Shown here: positions 11,310 through 23,409 of the stretch, piece after piece | How the letters are laid out: the number at the start of each line of letters is the position of its first letter | Position numbering within the stretch: position 1 is the stretch's first letter | Source: Candidatus Omnitrophota bacterium | GTDB taxonomy: Bacteria > Omnitrophota > Gorgyraeia > Pluralincolimonadales > Pluralincolimonadaceae | Assembly (NCBI GenBank): GCA_003141835.1 | Contig: PLNR01000008.1 | Location: forward strand, 132,472-196,471 | DNA: 64,000 bases | Direction of reading: 5' to 3' | Made by a program: the position numbers and the translations under genes | The notes under the pieces: model-generated | Database searches by the model: none | The model's input: only the letters and a program-made list of their open reading frames with translations | Told to the model about the DNA's origin: nothing

Positions 11310-14084
11310 TCAGAACTTTACTTCAAGTTCCTTCGTGTCAGCGGGGATCGCGGTTTTATTCTTTCCGAGGACCAGTGTATAACCCCCCGGAGGCGGCGTC
11401 GCGCAATCGATGGACAATTTGACCGAACCATTGGCGCGGGAACTCTCGACCCTGAAAGATACCTTGCCGAAATACGTGGGGGCGTTCTTTATCTCTATGA
11501 CTTTGCCGTCATCGAGCCACGAGTCCGGGATGCAGGACAAAAGCACCAGCTTGTCGCCGTCCTCGCGTAAAAGCATATCTCGCAATAACAGGATATAATG
11601 CGCGGCCGACCAGCCGTGCGGGACGTCGCCTACTATCCCTTCGGTGATCTCCCTCAATCCTTTCGAGTTGACCTTGGTCGGCATCGCCTCCATCCATCCG
11701 CCGGGACAGGATTGGTGCTCTATGCCCCACTCGATGCTCTTGAGCGCGATGTCTTCCATCCCAAGGTATATCAAGGGATGCGCGAGCTTGAAATTATAAC
11801 CCCAGAAGAGCTGTTCGTACTCGACGAACCACCCGCCGTCATATCCCGAGAACTTCCCGGCATTCTTCCAATATTGCTCGTATGAAGTCTTGAACAGCTC
11901 CGTCGGTACCGGGATGCCCATATTCTCTCCCGGGAATAATGCCGGCCTGTGAGCCCACGCCATCTGGGTATCTCCCAGTATGCGGTGGTCCATGTCCTTT
12001 ATGCGCATCTCTTTGGGCCAGTAATCGGCGAACCCGGGCATGAACGACAGCCCGTTCTTCTTCATCGATTTTTCGATGCTCGCGATAGTGGCGGAATGGA
12101 GGCTTTCATATTCGGCCTTCATCCATTTGGCGTCATCGGCTTTTCCGAGTATCTGCGCCGACTCATAAGCCGCCTTCAGGCCGATCATCGCCCACCAGTC
12201 ATCGACGTAAAGGTAAGCGGGTATCTTGAAATTATCCTGGCTTACCCCTTTTGGGAGCAGTCCGTAAGCCACGTCTTCCTTCGGAAGCGACATCTGCGGG
12301 GCGCGGAGCTTCCTGATGAGCTCGCATGCCGATCTCATCCTCGGATATACGGCCTCCAGGTATTTAACGTCCTTTGTCAGCCGGTAATGCTCATAAAGCC
12401 CGAATATGCTGCCGCCTAGCTCGTCGACGTAGCCGCCGCCTTCCTTGTAATTGAAATGATCGGTCGAGGCGAGCGCTTCTTCGGTGAGCCCTGCCTTGTC
12501 GAGCGCGTTATCCATGTCTACCGCGTCATGAAGGTATAATGAGGTATATTCATACGGCCCGGGGAAAAGTTTATGCTCTTCGTCCATTATCAGGATGTAA
12601 TAGAGCGATGAATAAAAACAATCACTGTACCGTTTATCCGGGATGTTCATTACGAGCGGGATGCGGCCTTTCCAGTATTTGAGCGTCAGTTCGAGGGCCT
12701 TATCGAACCCCAGGTCCTTGATATCGTTAAATGACAACTCCGCTCCTGTGCCTGATGGTACGACGAAATCGAGCGACTCGGTCCCGCCGGCAGGTATCAT
12801 TTTTTTGTAAGAGAGCGAATCCTTCAGGTCTTTGCCGAGAGGGCCTTCCGCCCTTTCATCGAGGAAGAGCCGCGGCGCGCCGTTTATCTTTACGGTATGG
12901 TCGGCGTCGTATTCGATCGTCTTCATATCCGTAACTTTCCATTTGGGATATAGCGGGTTGGGGCGTATTACCGCCATGATCGCCACTTCCTTGTCCTGCG
13001 CGCTTGTATTCTTGACAGATTCCCTTGCGAAGGTCAGCACTTTTCCGAGTTTTTCATCGAGCCAGGAGAATATCTTCGTCTCGCCTTCAATGCCGTCGCC
13101 CTTCCACGATACGACCGTTATCGGGTATCCGCCATCGACCAATCTCCAATCGGTATGGAGAGTTTCCGGCGTATAGAGCCGGCCGTTATCATTTACCCAG
13201 AAACTGACCCTGAACGGGTAAGGATAGACGGCAAAAGAACCGTCCTTTCCTATGAAAGTCTTGAATTTGGAACCCTCCCAGCCGGAGAGCCCGCGGGCCT
13301 TGTCCAGGCCCTTGTGTTTGGCGATATCGTCCCAGTCCTTGAATTCGATCTTCTTCATCACACTTTCCTTCCCTTTGTTGTCTTCACAGTTGATCTTAAT
13401 GTGGCGTTTCCCGAATATGTTAGCATATATCCTGTCCTGTCCGCCAGCGCAAACCTCTTTATTATAGACTGTCTTCCAGGCCTTATCTTCGGCCTCGGTC
13501 TCTACGCGGTACGATACGGGATGGTCCTCTCCCCACGTTATAAATAAAGCGCCGATGTTCCTGTCCTTCTTGAGCTCGATCGAGATCGTGGTCCTGCCGT
13601 TATCGCTCGAGGTCTTTATCGGTATCTCGTCATCGAGCCCTTTGATCCTGATCTCCCAGATCGAATATCCCCACGCCGTGCCGCGTTCTTTAAAGTCCAG
13701 TTTTATGAATCGCGCTTTCTTCCTCCCGAAATATACGTCATCGACTACGCCTTCGCCATCGGACGTGGAATAGGCGTCCTCCCAATTTTTCCCGTCTTCC
13801 GATATGAGGACGTCATAGGATCTCGCGTATGCGGCCTCCCAGTTTATGATCAGGCCGACGAGGTCTTCGCTCTTACCGAGGTCTATCTGGAGCCATTGCC
13901 TGTCGGAGAAGGTGCTTGACCAGCGCGTTTGGGAATTATTATCGAAGGCGTTAGAAGGGCTTACCGAGTCATTCTCGCGGGATGACGCGGTGACCGTCGC
14001 GGCGTTTACGCCCGGGGATATTACCGCAAGCGAGGCCGCCAGGATGATAAGAGATGCTATGGATAAAAATGGCAGTTTTTTCAC
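11310..14084 (-). CDS. secreted protein with N-terminal F5/8 type C (discoidin/CBM32-like) domains and a C-terminal (alpha/alpha)6-barrel glycoside-hydrolase-like domain
   Basis: 924 aa with signal peptide [28 protein letters not shown], then [26 protein letters not shown]...[10 protein letters not shown] (F5/8 type C) and a second degenerate copy. It is a paralogue of the 55890-59123 protein. Confidence 0.6.
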   Translation of the reverse strand: MKKLPFLSIASLIILAASLAVISPGVNAATVTASSRENDSVSPSNAFDNNSQTRWSSTFSDRQWLQIDLGKSEDLVGLIINWEAAYARSYDVLISEDGKNWEDAYSTSDGEGVVDDVYFGRKKARFIKLDFKERGTAWGYSIWEIRIKGLDDEIPIKTSSDNGRTTISIELKKDRNIGALFITWGEDHPVSYRVETEAEDKAWKTVYNKEVCAGGQDRIYANIFGKRHIKINCEDNKGKESVMKKIEFKDWDDIAKHKGLDKARGLSGWEGSKFKTFIGKDGSFAVYPYPFRVSFWVNDNGRLYTPETLHTDWRLVDGGYPITVVSWKGDGIEGETKIFSWLDEKLGKVLTFARESVKNTSAQDKEVAIMAVIRPNPLYPKWKVTDMKTIEYDADHTVKINGAPRLFLDERAEGPLGKDLKDSLSYKKMIPAGGTESLDFVVPSGTGAELSFNDIKDLGFDKALELTLKYWKGRIPLVMNIPDKRYSDCFYSSLYYILIMDEEHKLFPGPYEYTSLYLHDAVDMDNALDKAGLTEEALASTDHFNYKEGGGYVDELGGSIFGLYEHYRLTKDVKYLEAVYPRMRSACELIRKLRAPQMSLPKEDVAYGLLPKGVSQDNFKIPAYLYVDDWWAMIGLKAAYESAQILGKADDAKWMKAEYESLHSATIASIEKSMKKNGLSFMPGFADYWPKEMRIKDMDHRILGDTQMAWAHRPALFPGENMGIPVPTELFKTSYEQYWKNAGKFSGYDGGWFVEYEQLFWGYNFKLAHPLIYLGMEDIALKSIEWGIEHQSCPGGWMEAMPTKVNSKGLREITEGIVGDVPHGWSAAHYILLLRDMLLREDGDKLVLLSCIPDSWLDDGKVIEIKNAPTYFGKVSFRVESSRANGSVKLSIDCATPPPGGYTLVLGKNKTAIPADTKELEVKF

Positions 14085-14419
14085 TTTTTTTCCGCCCTAT
14101 ACATTACGACGTTAGCTTTTTCCAGGGTGACGAGACCTTCCTTCACCATTTCATCCAGGTGCGGGATGAACCGGCTTATATTCTCTTCGCTGTCGACCAT
14201 CTCTATTATTATCGGCAGGTCGGATGAGAGCTCGAGAAGTTTTGCCGTGTGCATGCGGCTCTTGCAGCCGAAACCCATAGACCCCCTGACGACGGTTGCG
14301 CCGGCCATGCCTTCTTTCCTTGCGAGCAGCACTATCTCCTCGTAGAGCGGCTTCCCTTCCCATCTATCCGCTTCGCCGATAAAAATCCTGAGAAGCTTGC
14401 CTTCGGTGGGGATCTTCAC
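14081..14419 (-). CDS. DUF190 (PII-like) protein commonly paired with CrcB
   Basis: 112 aa: MKIPTEGKLLRIFIGEADRWEGKPLYEEIVLLARKEGMAGATVVRGSMGFG.... It lies immediately downstream of crcB. Confidence 0.75.
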   Translation of the reverse strand: MKIPTEGKLLRIFIGEADRWEGKPLYEEIVLLARKEGMAGATVVRGSMGFGCKSRMHTAKLLELSSDLPIIIEMVDSEENISRFIPHLDEMVKEGLVTLEKANVVMYRAEKK

Positions 14420-14431
14420 ATTGCCTCCTCG

Positions 14432-14806
14432 TTAGATTAGTTCGCCCGCAAGTACGCCTATCCTGAATACGACAAAACCAACGATAACGCTTATCAACAC
14501 GTTCAATAATGCCCTGAAAGTCTCGCCGTCCTTCATCAGGTTGGCTGTCTCCAGGATGAACGTGGAAAAGGTGGTGAACGCGCCGCAGAACCCGATCATG
14601 AGGAATATGCGGATATTCGTTCCGAAAAGGAATTTCTCCTCGGTGATAGCCGCGAGGAAGCCGATGATAAAGCATCCGGTAAGGTTTACCACGAGCGTCC
14701 CGTATGGGAAGTCGGCTCCGAGGGTCCTGTACGTGAAGACGGAGAGCGCATACCTCGCTACCGTCCCTATGGCGCCTCCTACAAGGAGCTGGATCAATTT
14801 TGACAT
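14432..14806 (-). CDS. crcB: fluoride ion channel CrcB/Fluc
   Basis: 124 aa, 4-TM protein: ...GTLVVNLTGCFIIGF...GFCGAFTTFSTF.... Confidence 0.9.
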   Translation of the reverse strand: MSKLIQLLVGGAIGTVARYALSVFTYRTLGADFPYGTLVVNLTGCFIIGFLAAITEEKFLFGTNIRIFLMIGFCGAFTTFSTFILETANLMKDGETFRALLNVLISVIVGFVVFRIGVLAGELI

Positions 14807-14810
14807 CGCG

Positions 14811-15638
14811 CTATTCCACTATCTCCAAAGAAAAGTCGATCGCCCTGGCCGAATGAGTGAGCGCGCCGATCGATATCATATCTACGCCGGTCGAAGCCAT
14901 CCTTTTTACGTTCTTCAGGTTCACACCGCCTGAAACTTCCAGCTTAAGCTCGTAATGGCCGTCATTGCGCATAGCCGTTGCAGTCTTAATGTCCTTCAGG
15001 CCCATATTATCGAGCATGATAATGTCAGGGTTCAACCTGATAGCCTCTTTGAATTGCCGTAAGTCCTGGACCTCTACTTCGACTTTTACCTTCCTCCTGC
15101 GGGAAGATCCCATGACGCGAGCGACGGCATTCCAATCGTATCCGAGCGCGGCGAGATGGTTGTCCTTTATCAGCACCTGGTCGTGGAGGCCTATGCGATG
15201 GTTGGTGCCGCCCCCGGTCTTAACCGCGTATTTCTCAAGTAACCGCAATCCGGGGGTCGTCTTGCGCGTATCCATTATCTTCGTCTTATAAGGCCTTACG
15301 GCTTCCAGAAATTGCGCCGTGAGCGTAGATATTCCCGAGAGGCGGCTTAAAAAATTCAACGAGGTCCTTTCGGCGCTGAGCACGGCTTTCGCGTCACCTT
15401 CTATATACGCGATCTGCTGTTCCGGGCGTATCCGTTCGCCATCCATCGCCAGCGGCATGAATTTTATCTTTGAGCTGCGCATGACGAAAACCGCCATGGC
15501 TATTGTGATGCCGCAGAGCACCCCTTCTCCGCCGGATATTATTACTGCTTGTATCGTCTTCGGCTTAGGGAAGAGCGCATCGGTCGTGATATCCCCGGCC
15601 CCGATATCTTCATCGAGGGCACGGCGTATCATCTCCAA
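14811..15638 (-). CDS. nadC: nicotinate-nucleotide pyrophosphorylase (carboxylating) / quinolinate phosphoribosyltransferase
   Basis: 275 aa: ...IMLDNM... type II PRTase fold residues. Confidence 0.9.
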   Translation of the reverse strand: MEMIRRALDEDIGAGDITTDALFPKPKTIQAVIISGGEGVLCGITIAMAVFVMRSSKIKFMPLAMDGERIRPEQQIAYIEGDAKAVLSAERTSLNFLSRLSGISTLTAQFLEAVRPYKTKIMDTRKTTPGLRLLEKYAVKTGGGTNHRIGLHDQVLIKDNHLAALGYDWNAVARVMGSSRRRKVKVEVEVQDLRQFKEAIRLNPDIIMLDNMGLKDIKTATAMRNDGHYELKLEVSGGVNLKNVKRMASTGVDMISIGALTHSARAIDFSLEIVE

Positions 15639-15652
15639 AATATCCTTGTCGG

Positions 15653-18304
15653 CTAGCTCTCTAATCGTTTTAAGTTCTCCCTTAATTTTTCCAAAGATAC
15701 CTTTGCCTCGGAGAGCTTCTCTTTCTCCTTGTCGATAATATCTTTCGGCGCCCTCTCAGCGAAATTCTTGTTGTTCAACTTCGCTTCGATGGATTTAACA
15801 TACTTCTCGAGCTCGCCGGCTTTCGACATCATCTTCTTCTTTTCCGCCTCGATGTCAACAAGCCCCTCGAGCGGCACGCATATCTCGCAATCTCCGAATA
15901 CCGCGACTGAAGAGGCCTTCGGCCGTTTCAATTTATCCGTGACCTCGAGCGACTCAAGCCTCCCGAGGTTCTTTATATAATCGAGTGATTTGTCGATGGT
16001 GGTCCTTTTCTTTTCGCTATCGACCACCACTATCGCCTTACATGTCTTCTGCGGAGGGATGTTCACCTCGGCGCGGATATTCCTGATGGCGGTTATTATG
16101 CCTATCGCGAGGTCCATCTCTTCTTCCACTTTTTTATCTATAAGGTCTTTCTGCAAGTGCGGCCATGGCTGGATCATTATCGAGTCCCTCTTGTGCGGCA
16201 GGATGCTCCATATCTCCTCGGTAAGGAACGGCATGATCGGATGCAGCAGCCTCAGGCTCTTCTCCAACACCTTATATAGGATCACCTGTGTATTCTTTTC
16301 TTTTATACGGCTCTTTGCTATCTCCAGATACCAGTCGCAATATTTATGCCAGATGAAGTCGTAGAGCAGGTTCGCAGCCTCGCTGAACCTGTACGATTCA
16401 AGGGCCTTCTCCAGGTCTTCCAGCGTCGAATAGAGGTTGCTGAGTATCCACCTGTCGGCGAGGGTCAGGTCCGCGGACTTGTATAAGACGCACAGGTCCG
16501 TGTCGACGTCTTCAGAGAGGTTTGTCATGACGAACCTCGACGCGTTCCATATCTTATTCGCGAAATTCCTTCCGACCTGGAATTTTTCCTTCGACAGGAA
16601 TACGTCCTGGCCTACCGCGGTGATCGAGATGATGCTGAACCTCAGCGCGTCGGTCCCGTACTCGTCTATTATTTCGATAGGGTCGATGATATTGCCGAGG
16701 GATTTGGACATCTTCGCGCCGGTCTCGTCGCGCACCGTGCCGTGGATGTAAATATCCCTGAACGGAGCATCGCCCATGAACTCGTATCCTGCCATTATCA
16801 TGCGCGCTACCCAGAAGAATATTATATCCTGGGCAGTTACCAGCGTAGATGTCGGATAGAAATACGCGAGGTCCTTTGTCTTGTCCGGCCAGCCGAACGT
16901 CGAGAACGGCCAGAGCCATGAAGAGAACCAGGTATCGAGGACGTCCTCGTCCTGGACGATATCAGTCCCGCCGCAATCCGGGCATTTCTGCGGTTTCGAG
17001 CGCGCTACTATTATCCCTTTCTTCCCCTCGGTCGCTTTCTCGCACTTCCTGCAATAATAGACGGGTATCCTGTGGCCCCACCATATCTGCCTCGAGATGC
17101 ACCAGTCGCGGATATTCTCCATCCAGTCGAGATATACCTTGCTCCAGCGTTCCGGGTAGAATTTTATCTTGCCGCTTTTGGCCGCCTCTATGCCGGGCTT
17201 TGCGAGTGGTTTCATCTTCACGAACCACTGTAATGAAAGGTAGGGTTCGACGACAGTGTGGCACCTGTAACAGTGCCCGACCGAATGCGCGTGCTGGTCG
17301 ATCTTCTCGAGCAGGCCCATCTCTTTCAGGTCCTCGATTATCGCCTCACGCGCCTCGAACCTGTCCATCCCCGCGTAATCCCCCGCATTCTTGCTCATAC
17401 TGCCGTCGGGGTCCATCACGACTATAGGCTCAAGGCTGTGGCGCCTGCCCATGTCAAAGTCGTTGGGGTCGTGTGCAGGGGTCACTTTGACCGCGCCTGT
17501 GCCGAATTCCGGGTCAACGATATCGTCGGCGATGACCTTGATCTCCCTGTTCATAAGCGGGAGTATTAAAATCTCGCCTACCAGGTTCTTATATCTTTCG
17601 TCCTTCGGATTAACTGCGACCGCGACGTCACCTAACATCGTCTCCGGGCGCGTCGTAGCCACTGTGACGTGCCTCTTCTCGCCTTTTACCGGGTATTTAA
17701 TGTAATAGAGCAGGCCGTTAAGGTCTTTGTGCTGTGCCTCTTCATCACTTAACGCCGTCTGGCACCTCGGGCACCAGTTGATTATATAATTGCCGCGGTA
17801 GATCAGGCCTTTCTCGTAAAGGCGGATGAAGACCTCGTTTACCGCGTCTGAAAGCCCCTCGTCCATCGTGAAACGCGTGCGGTCCCAGTCGCACGAACAG
17901 CCGAGCCTTTTAAGCTGCGAGATTATGGTCGTCCCGTACTGCTCGCGCCACTGCCAGACGCGTTCTATGAATTTTTCGCGGCCTAAGTCCTGCCTTTTCT
18001 TCCCCTCTTTGGCCAGCATCTTCTCGACCACATTTTGTGTGGCGATGCCTGCGTGGTCAGTCCCGGGAAGCCACTCGGCGTTCCAGCCCTGCATCCTCCG
18101 CCACCTTATGATGATATCCTGGATCGTGTCGTTGAGGGCATGGCCCATATGGAGGATGCCGGTAATATTAGGCGGCGGGATGACTATCGTATAGGGCTTG
18201 CGTTTCGGGTCAGGTTCGGCGTGGAAGAGTTTCTTGGATTCCCAGAGCTTATACCATTTGTCTTCCGTTGCCTTCGGGTTGTAAGCAGAAGGGATCTCTG
18301 GCAT
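15653..18304 (-). CDS. valS: valyl-tRNA synthetase
   Basis: Class I HIGH motif (PPPNITGILHMGHALN), KMSKS, and a C-terminal coiled coil. The start is assigned to the ATG at 18304 (MPEIPSAYNPKATEDKWYKLWE...). The ORF frame runs open 99 codons further upstream into cimA, but that extension is low-complexity. Confidence 0.93.
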   Translation of the reverse strand: MPEIPSAYNPKATEDKWYKLWESKKLFHAEPDPKRKPYTIVIPPPNITGILHMGHALNDTIQDIIIRWRRMQGWNAEWLPGTDHAGIATQNVVEKMLAKEGKKRQDLGREKFIERVWQWREQYGTTIISQLKRLGCSCDWDRTRFTMDEGLSDAVNEVFIRLYEKGLIYRGNYIINWCPRCQTALSDEEAQHKDLNGLLYYIKYPVKGEKRHVTVATTRPETMLGDVAVAVNPKDERYKNLVGEILILPLMNREIKVIADDIVDPEFGTGAVKVTPAHDPNDFDMGRRHSLEPIVVMDPDGSMSKNAGDYAGMDRFEAREAIIEDLKEMGLLEKIDQHAHSVGHCYRCHTVVEPYLSLQWFVKMKPLAKPGIEAAKSGKIKFYPERWSKVYLDWMENIRDWCISRQIWWGHRIPVYYCRKCEKATEGKKGIIVARSKPQKCPDCGGTDIVQDEDVLDTWFSSWLWPFSTFGWPDKTKDLAYFYPTSTLVTAQDIIFFWVARMIMAGYEFMGDAPFRDIYIHGTVRDETGAKMSKSLGNIIDPIEIIDEYGTDALRFSIISITAVGQDVFLSKEKFQVGRNFANKIWNASRFVMTNLSEDVDTDLCVLYKSADLTLADRWILSNLYSTLEDLEKALESYRFSEAANLLYDFIWHKYCDWYLEIAKSRIKEKNTQVILYKVLEKSLRLLHPIMPFLTEEIWSILPHKRDSIMIQPWPHLQKDLIDKKVEEEMDLAIGIITAIRNIRAEVNIPPQKTCKAIVVVDSEKKRTTIDKSLDYIKNLGRLESLEVTDKLKRPKASSVAVFGDCEICVPLEGLVDIEAEKKKMMSKAGELEKYVKSIEAKLNNKNFAERAPKDIIDKEKEKLSEAKVSLEKLRENLKRLES

Positions 18305-18305
18305 A

Positions 18306-19874
<1,569 letters not shown>

Positions 19875-19886
19875 ATTATCTGCCTC

Positions 19887-21113
19887 TTATTTTGCTTTTT
19901 TCAGGTCAAATTCGTCATGGAGCACTTTAAGCGCCAGTTCAGCGTGCTTCTTCCCTATGACGCAGGATATCTTTATCTCGGATGTGGATATCATCTCGAT
20001 GTTTATCTTCTTCGATGCCAGCGCCTTGAACATCCGCGCGGCGATACCGGCGTGGCTTCTCATTCCGATGCCGACTATCGATATCTTGGCGATATCCTCG
20101 TCCTTCACTACCTCGCCCGCGCCTATCTCTTTGGCGACCCTCTTGGCGACCTTCATTGTCTTGGCGAGGTCCTCGGTCAGGACGGTGAATGAAACATCGG
20201 TAGTCCCGGTGCGTCCTACGTTCTGGACGATCATGTCGATGACGATATTATTAATGCCCAATTCCTTGAATATGATGGCCGCGATGCCCGGCTTGTCAGG
20301 CACGTCGCAGATAGTTATCTTCGCTTCGTCTTTTTGCAGCGCTACACCGCTTACGTCGATTTTTTCCATCGATTTTGCCTCCTTGCAGATTATAGTCCCT
20401 TCGGCGTTCGAGAAACTCGAGCGGACATGTATGGGCATATCATAACGCTTGCCGTATTCCACCGACCTCGCCTGCATGACCTTCGCGCCCAGCGAGGCGA
20501 GTTCGAGCATTTCATCATAACTTATCTTAGAAAGTTTTTTTGCGTTCTTGACTATCCTCGGGTCGGCGGTATAGACCCCGTCTACGTCGGTATATATCTC
20601 GCATATCTTCGCGCCGAGCGCGCTCGCCAGGGCTACGGCGGTCAGGTCGCTTCCGCCTCGGCCGAGGGTGGTGATCTCTTTCTTTATGCTCATCCCCTGG
20701 AACCCGGCGACTACGACGACCCTGCCTTCCTTCAATTGTTCCTTTATCCTGTCAGCCGCCGATATGTTAAGTATGCGGGCCTTGGTGTGGATGTTATCGG
20801 TTATGATGCCGACCTGCGCGCCGGTAAAGGATATCGCGGGCGCGCCGAGCTTCTCGACTGCCATGGCCAGGAGGGCGCATGATATCTGCTCGCCGGTCGA
20901 GATGAGCATGTCCATCTCGCGTTCTGACGGGTCGTCGGTGACCTTATAGGCCAGTTCGATGAGCTCGTCGGTGGTGTCTCCGAGCGCCGATACAACGACC
21001 ACGACGTCATGGCCTTCTTTCTTGTAGCGCACGACGCGCTTGGCTACGTTTATGATCCTCTCGGGATTCGCAACGGAAGATCCGCCGTATTTTTGGACGA
21101 TTAGTGATCCCAC
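19887..21113 (-). CDS. lysC: aspartate kinase (monofunctional, with ACT domains)
   Basis: 408 aa: MGSLIVQKYGGSSV...VVVVSALGDTTDELI.... Confidence 0.92.
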   Translation of the reverse strand: MGSLIVQKYGGSSVANPERIINVAKRVVRYKKEGHDVVVVVSALGDTTDELIELAYKVTDDPSEREMDMLISTGEQISCALLAMAVEKLGAPAISFTGAQVGIITDNIHTKARILNISAADRIKEQLKEGRVVVVAGFQGMSIKKEITTLGRGGSDLTAVALASALGAKICEIYTDVDGVYTADPRIVKNAKKLSKISYDEMLELASLGAKVMQARSVEYGKRYDMPIHVRSSFSNAEGTIICKEAKSMEKIDVSGVALQKDEAKITICDVPDKPGIAAIIFKELGINNIVIDMIVQNVGRTGTTDVSFTVLTEDLAKTMKVAKRVAKEIGAGEVVKDEDIAKISIVGIGMRSHAGIAARMFKALASKKINIEMISTSEIKISCVIGKKHAELALKVLHDEFDLKKAK

Positions 21114-21134
21114 TTTTATTCTGCCTTCCTCCTT

Positions 21135-22334
21135 TTAGCTCTTAATGAAGTATTCCATAAGCTCGTGGCCGTGCCCGAAGGCAAGCCCGGTCGCCTTTGC
21201 CGACGCTTCGCTGTATTCCTGGGCCCCGTTAGGGGCGAAACCCTTGCCGAATACCGCGAACGGCACCGGTTCGGCAGTATGGGTCCGGAGCGATACAGGG
21301 GTATTATGGTCCGGCAGTACCATTACCCTGAAATCTTCTTGTTTCTTGAATTTATCGAGGATCGCTCCTACGATAAACCTGTCGAAATTCTCTATTGCTG
21401 CCATCTTCGCGCGCAGGTCTCCGTTGTGGCCGGCCTCATCAGGCGCCTCTACGTGCACGAAAACGAAATCCTTGTCCTTAAGTGAATCTATCGCGTATTT
21501 CGCCTTGCCCTGGTAATTGGTGTCGTAGTAGCCGGTCGCGCCCGGTACATTTATGACATCCAGCCCTATCAACTTGCCTATGCCTTTTATCAGGTCGACC
21601 GCAGAGATGACCGAGCCGGTGACGCCGAACTTGTCGCTGAACTTCGGCATGTTCGTCTCAACGCCCTGTCCCCATAGCCATATCATGTCGGCCGGGTTCT
21701 CTTTCAGGTCTATCCTCACATGGTTGACTTCGTGGCCCGAAAGTATTGCCCTCGAATCTTCCATTAGCTTTATAAGGAATTTCGCGCCGTCGCCCTTCGG
21801 CAAGTGGCCTTTTATCTCCATACCCGTTATGTCGTGCGGCGGCTCGCAATGGGTCTCGCGCAGCGCCTCTTTCAATGACCCGTCCCTGACTATAATCAGG
21901 TGCCTGTAGCTTACGCCCGGATAGAATTTTATCTTCTCCGAGCCGAGTTTTTTGTCGAGAAATTTTATCAAGGTAGCCGCTTCTTCGGAGGTTATATGCC
22001 CCGCCGAGTAATCGGCCATACGTTCCTTATCAATGGTAACAAGGTTGCACCGGAACGCGATGTCATCCGGCCCGAGCTTAATCCCCATGTTCGCGGCCTC
22101 GAGCGGCCCGCGGCCCGAATAATACTTCACCGGGTCATAACCGATTATCGAGAGGTTCGCGACATCGGAAGCCGGCGCTAAACCTTGCGGTATGGTATGG
22201 ACCAGGCCCGCCCTGCCGTTCTTGGCTATGAAATCCATGTTCGGGACTTTGGCGGCCTCGAGCGGCGTCTTGTTCCCGAGTTCCTTGATAGGATAATCCG
22301 CCATGCCGTCGCCGACCAGGACGATATATTTCAT
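21135..22334 (-). CDS. cofactor-independent phosphoglycerate mutase, archaeal-type (ApgM/COG3635 family), candidate non-orthologous homoserine kinase
   Basis: 399 aa: MKYIVLVGDGMADYP... alkaline-phosphatase-superfamily metal ligands. It lies between thrC and lysC exactly where thrB is expected, and no canonical GHMP-type thrB is present in the window. Confidence 0.75.
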   Translation of the reverse strand: MKYIVLVGDGMADYPIKELGNKTPLEAAKVPNMDFIAKNGRAGLVHTIPQGLAPASDVANLSIIGYDPVKYYSGRGPLEAANMGIKLGPDDIAFRCNLVTIDKERMADYSAGHITSEEAATLIKFLDKKLGSEKIKFYPGVSYRHLIIVRDGSLKEALRETHCEPPHDITGMEIKGHLPKGDGAKFLIKLMEDSRAILSGHEVNHVRIDLKENPADMIWLWGQGVETNMPKFSDKFGVTGSVISAVDLIKGIGKLIGLDVINVPGATGYYDTNYQGKAKYAIDSLKDKDFVFVHVEAPDEAGHNGDLRAKMAAIENFDRFIVGAILDKFKKQEDFRVMVLPDHNTPVSLRTHTAEPVPFAVFGKGFAPNGAQEYSEASAKATGLAFGHGHELMEYFIKS

Positions 22335-22337
22335 CTA

Positions 22338-23405
22338 TTATATGCCTATTGCCTTGAGGACCGACTTCATATCGGCCTTGACAGATTTTGGTTTACTTAA
22401 AGTCGAGATAGCCCTGTCCGGGTCTTTCAAGCCGTGGCCGGTCAGGATACATACGATCTTTATCTTTTTTGCCGGGTTCTTCTTGAAGAAACCCTTGCGC
22501 ATCATCTTCATGAGGCCGGCCACAGACGCGGCCGAAGCAGGCTCGGCGAATATGCCTTCTCTTAATGCAATATATTGGTAGGCATCAAGTATCTCTTTAT
22601 CCGAGACCATGTCTATGGTCCCGCCTGATTCATCGCGCGCAGCCTCGGCTTTCTCCCAGCTCGCCGGGTTGCCTATCCTTATCGCGGTCGCGATGGTCTC
22701 GGGATGCTCGACGATATGCCCCCTTACGATAGGCGCCGCGCCTTCGGCCTGGAAGCCCATCATCTTCGGGAGCGCTTTAATCTTCCCGTATTCCTTGAAT
22801 TCCTTATAGCCCTTCCAATACGCGGTGATATTCCCGGCGTTGCCGACAGGGATAAAATGGTAATCCGGCGCAGACTCGAGCGCCTCGCAGATCTCGAACG
22901 CCCCGGTCTTCTGCCCTTCGATCCTGTACGGGTTCAGGGAATTGACAAGGGTTATCGGATGTTTATCGGTTATCTCTTTTACGAGTTCCAAAGCCTCATC
23001 GAAATTCCCTTTAATGGCTAATACCTCGGCGCCGTAGATTATCGCCTGCGCCAATTTGCCTAGGGCAATTTTGCCCTCAGGGATAAGGACGATGCATTTG
23101 ATCCCTGCGCGAGCAGCATACGCGGCTGCAGAGGCAGAAGTATTACCGGTCGAGGCGCACATTATCGCTTTCGAGCCCTCTTCGACGGCCTTCGAGACGG
23201 CCATGGTCATGCCGCGGTCCTTGAACGAACCGGTCGGGTTAGACCCGTCGAACTTTAAATAGACTTCGTATCCTTTTCCGAGCTTATTGCTTAAATTGCA
23301 GGAATAGATAAGCGGGGTATTGCCCTCGTTAAGGGTGATTACCGGGGTCTTCGCAGAGACCGGAAGGTATTTCCTGTATTTGTCTATCAGTCCTCGCCAC
23401 ATCAT
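22338..23405 (-). CDS. thrC: threonine synthase
   Basis: 355 aa, PLP-fold: ...[15 protein letters not shown].... Confidence 0.93.
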   Translation of the reverse strand: MMWRGLIDKYRKYLPVSAKTPVITLNEGNTPLIYSCNLSNKLGKGYEVYLKFDGSNPTGSFKDRGMTMAVSKAVEEGSKAIMCASTGNTSASAAAYAARAGIKCIVLIPEGKIALGKLAQAIIYGAEVLAIKGNFDEALELVKEITDKHPITLVNSLNPYRIEGQKTGAFEICEALESAPDYHFIPVGNAGNITAYWKGYKEFKEYGKIKALPKMMGFQAEGAAPIVRGHIVEHPETIATAIRIGNPASWEKAEAARDESGGTIDMVSDKEILDAYQYIALREGIFAEPASAASVAGLMKMMRKGFFKKNPAKKIKIVCILTGHGLKDPDRAISTLSKPKSVKADMKSVLKAIGI

Positions 23406-23409
23406 TTTT

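Noticed and set aside
14432-14820. Fluoride riboswitch upstream of crcB
   Set aside because: crcB abuts nadC (4-nt gap) and nadC abuts valS. I saw no crcB-motif consensus (paired GGnGAUGG... CUGAUGAUGCC-like elements) in or near the operon. This cannot be excluded without a covariance search.
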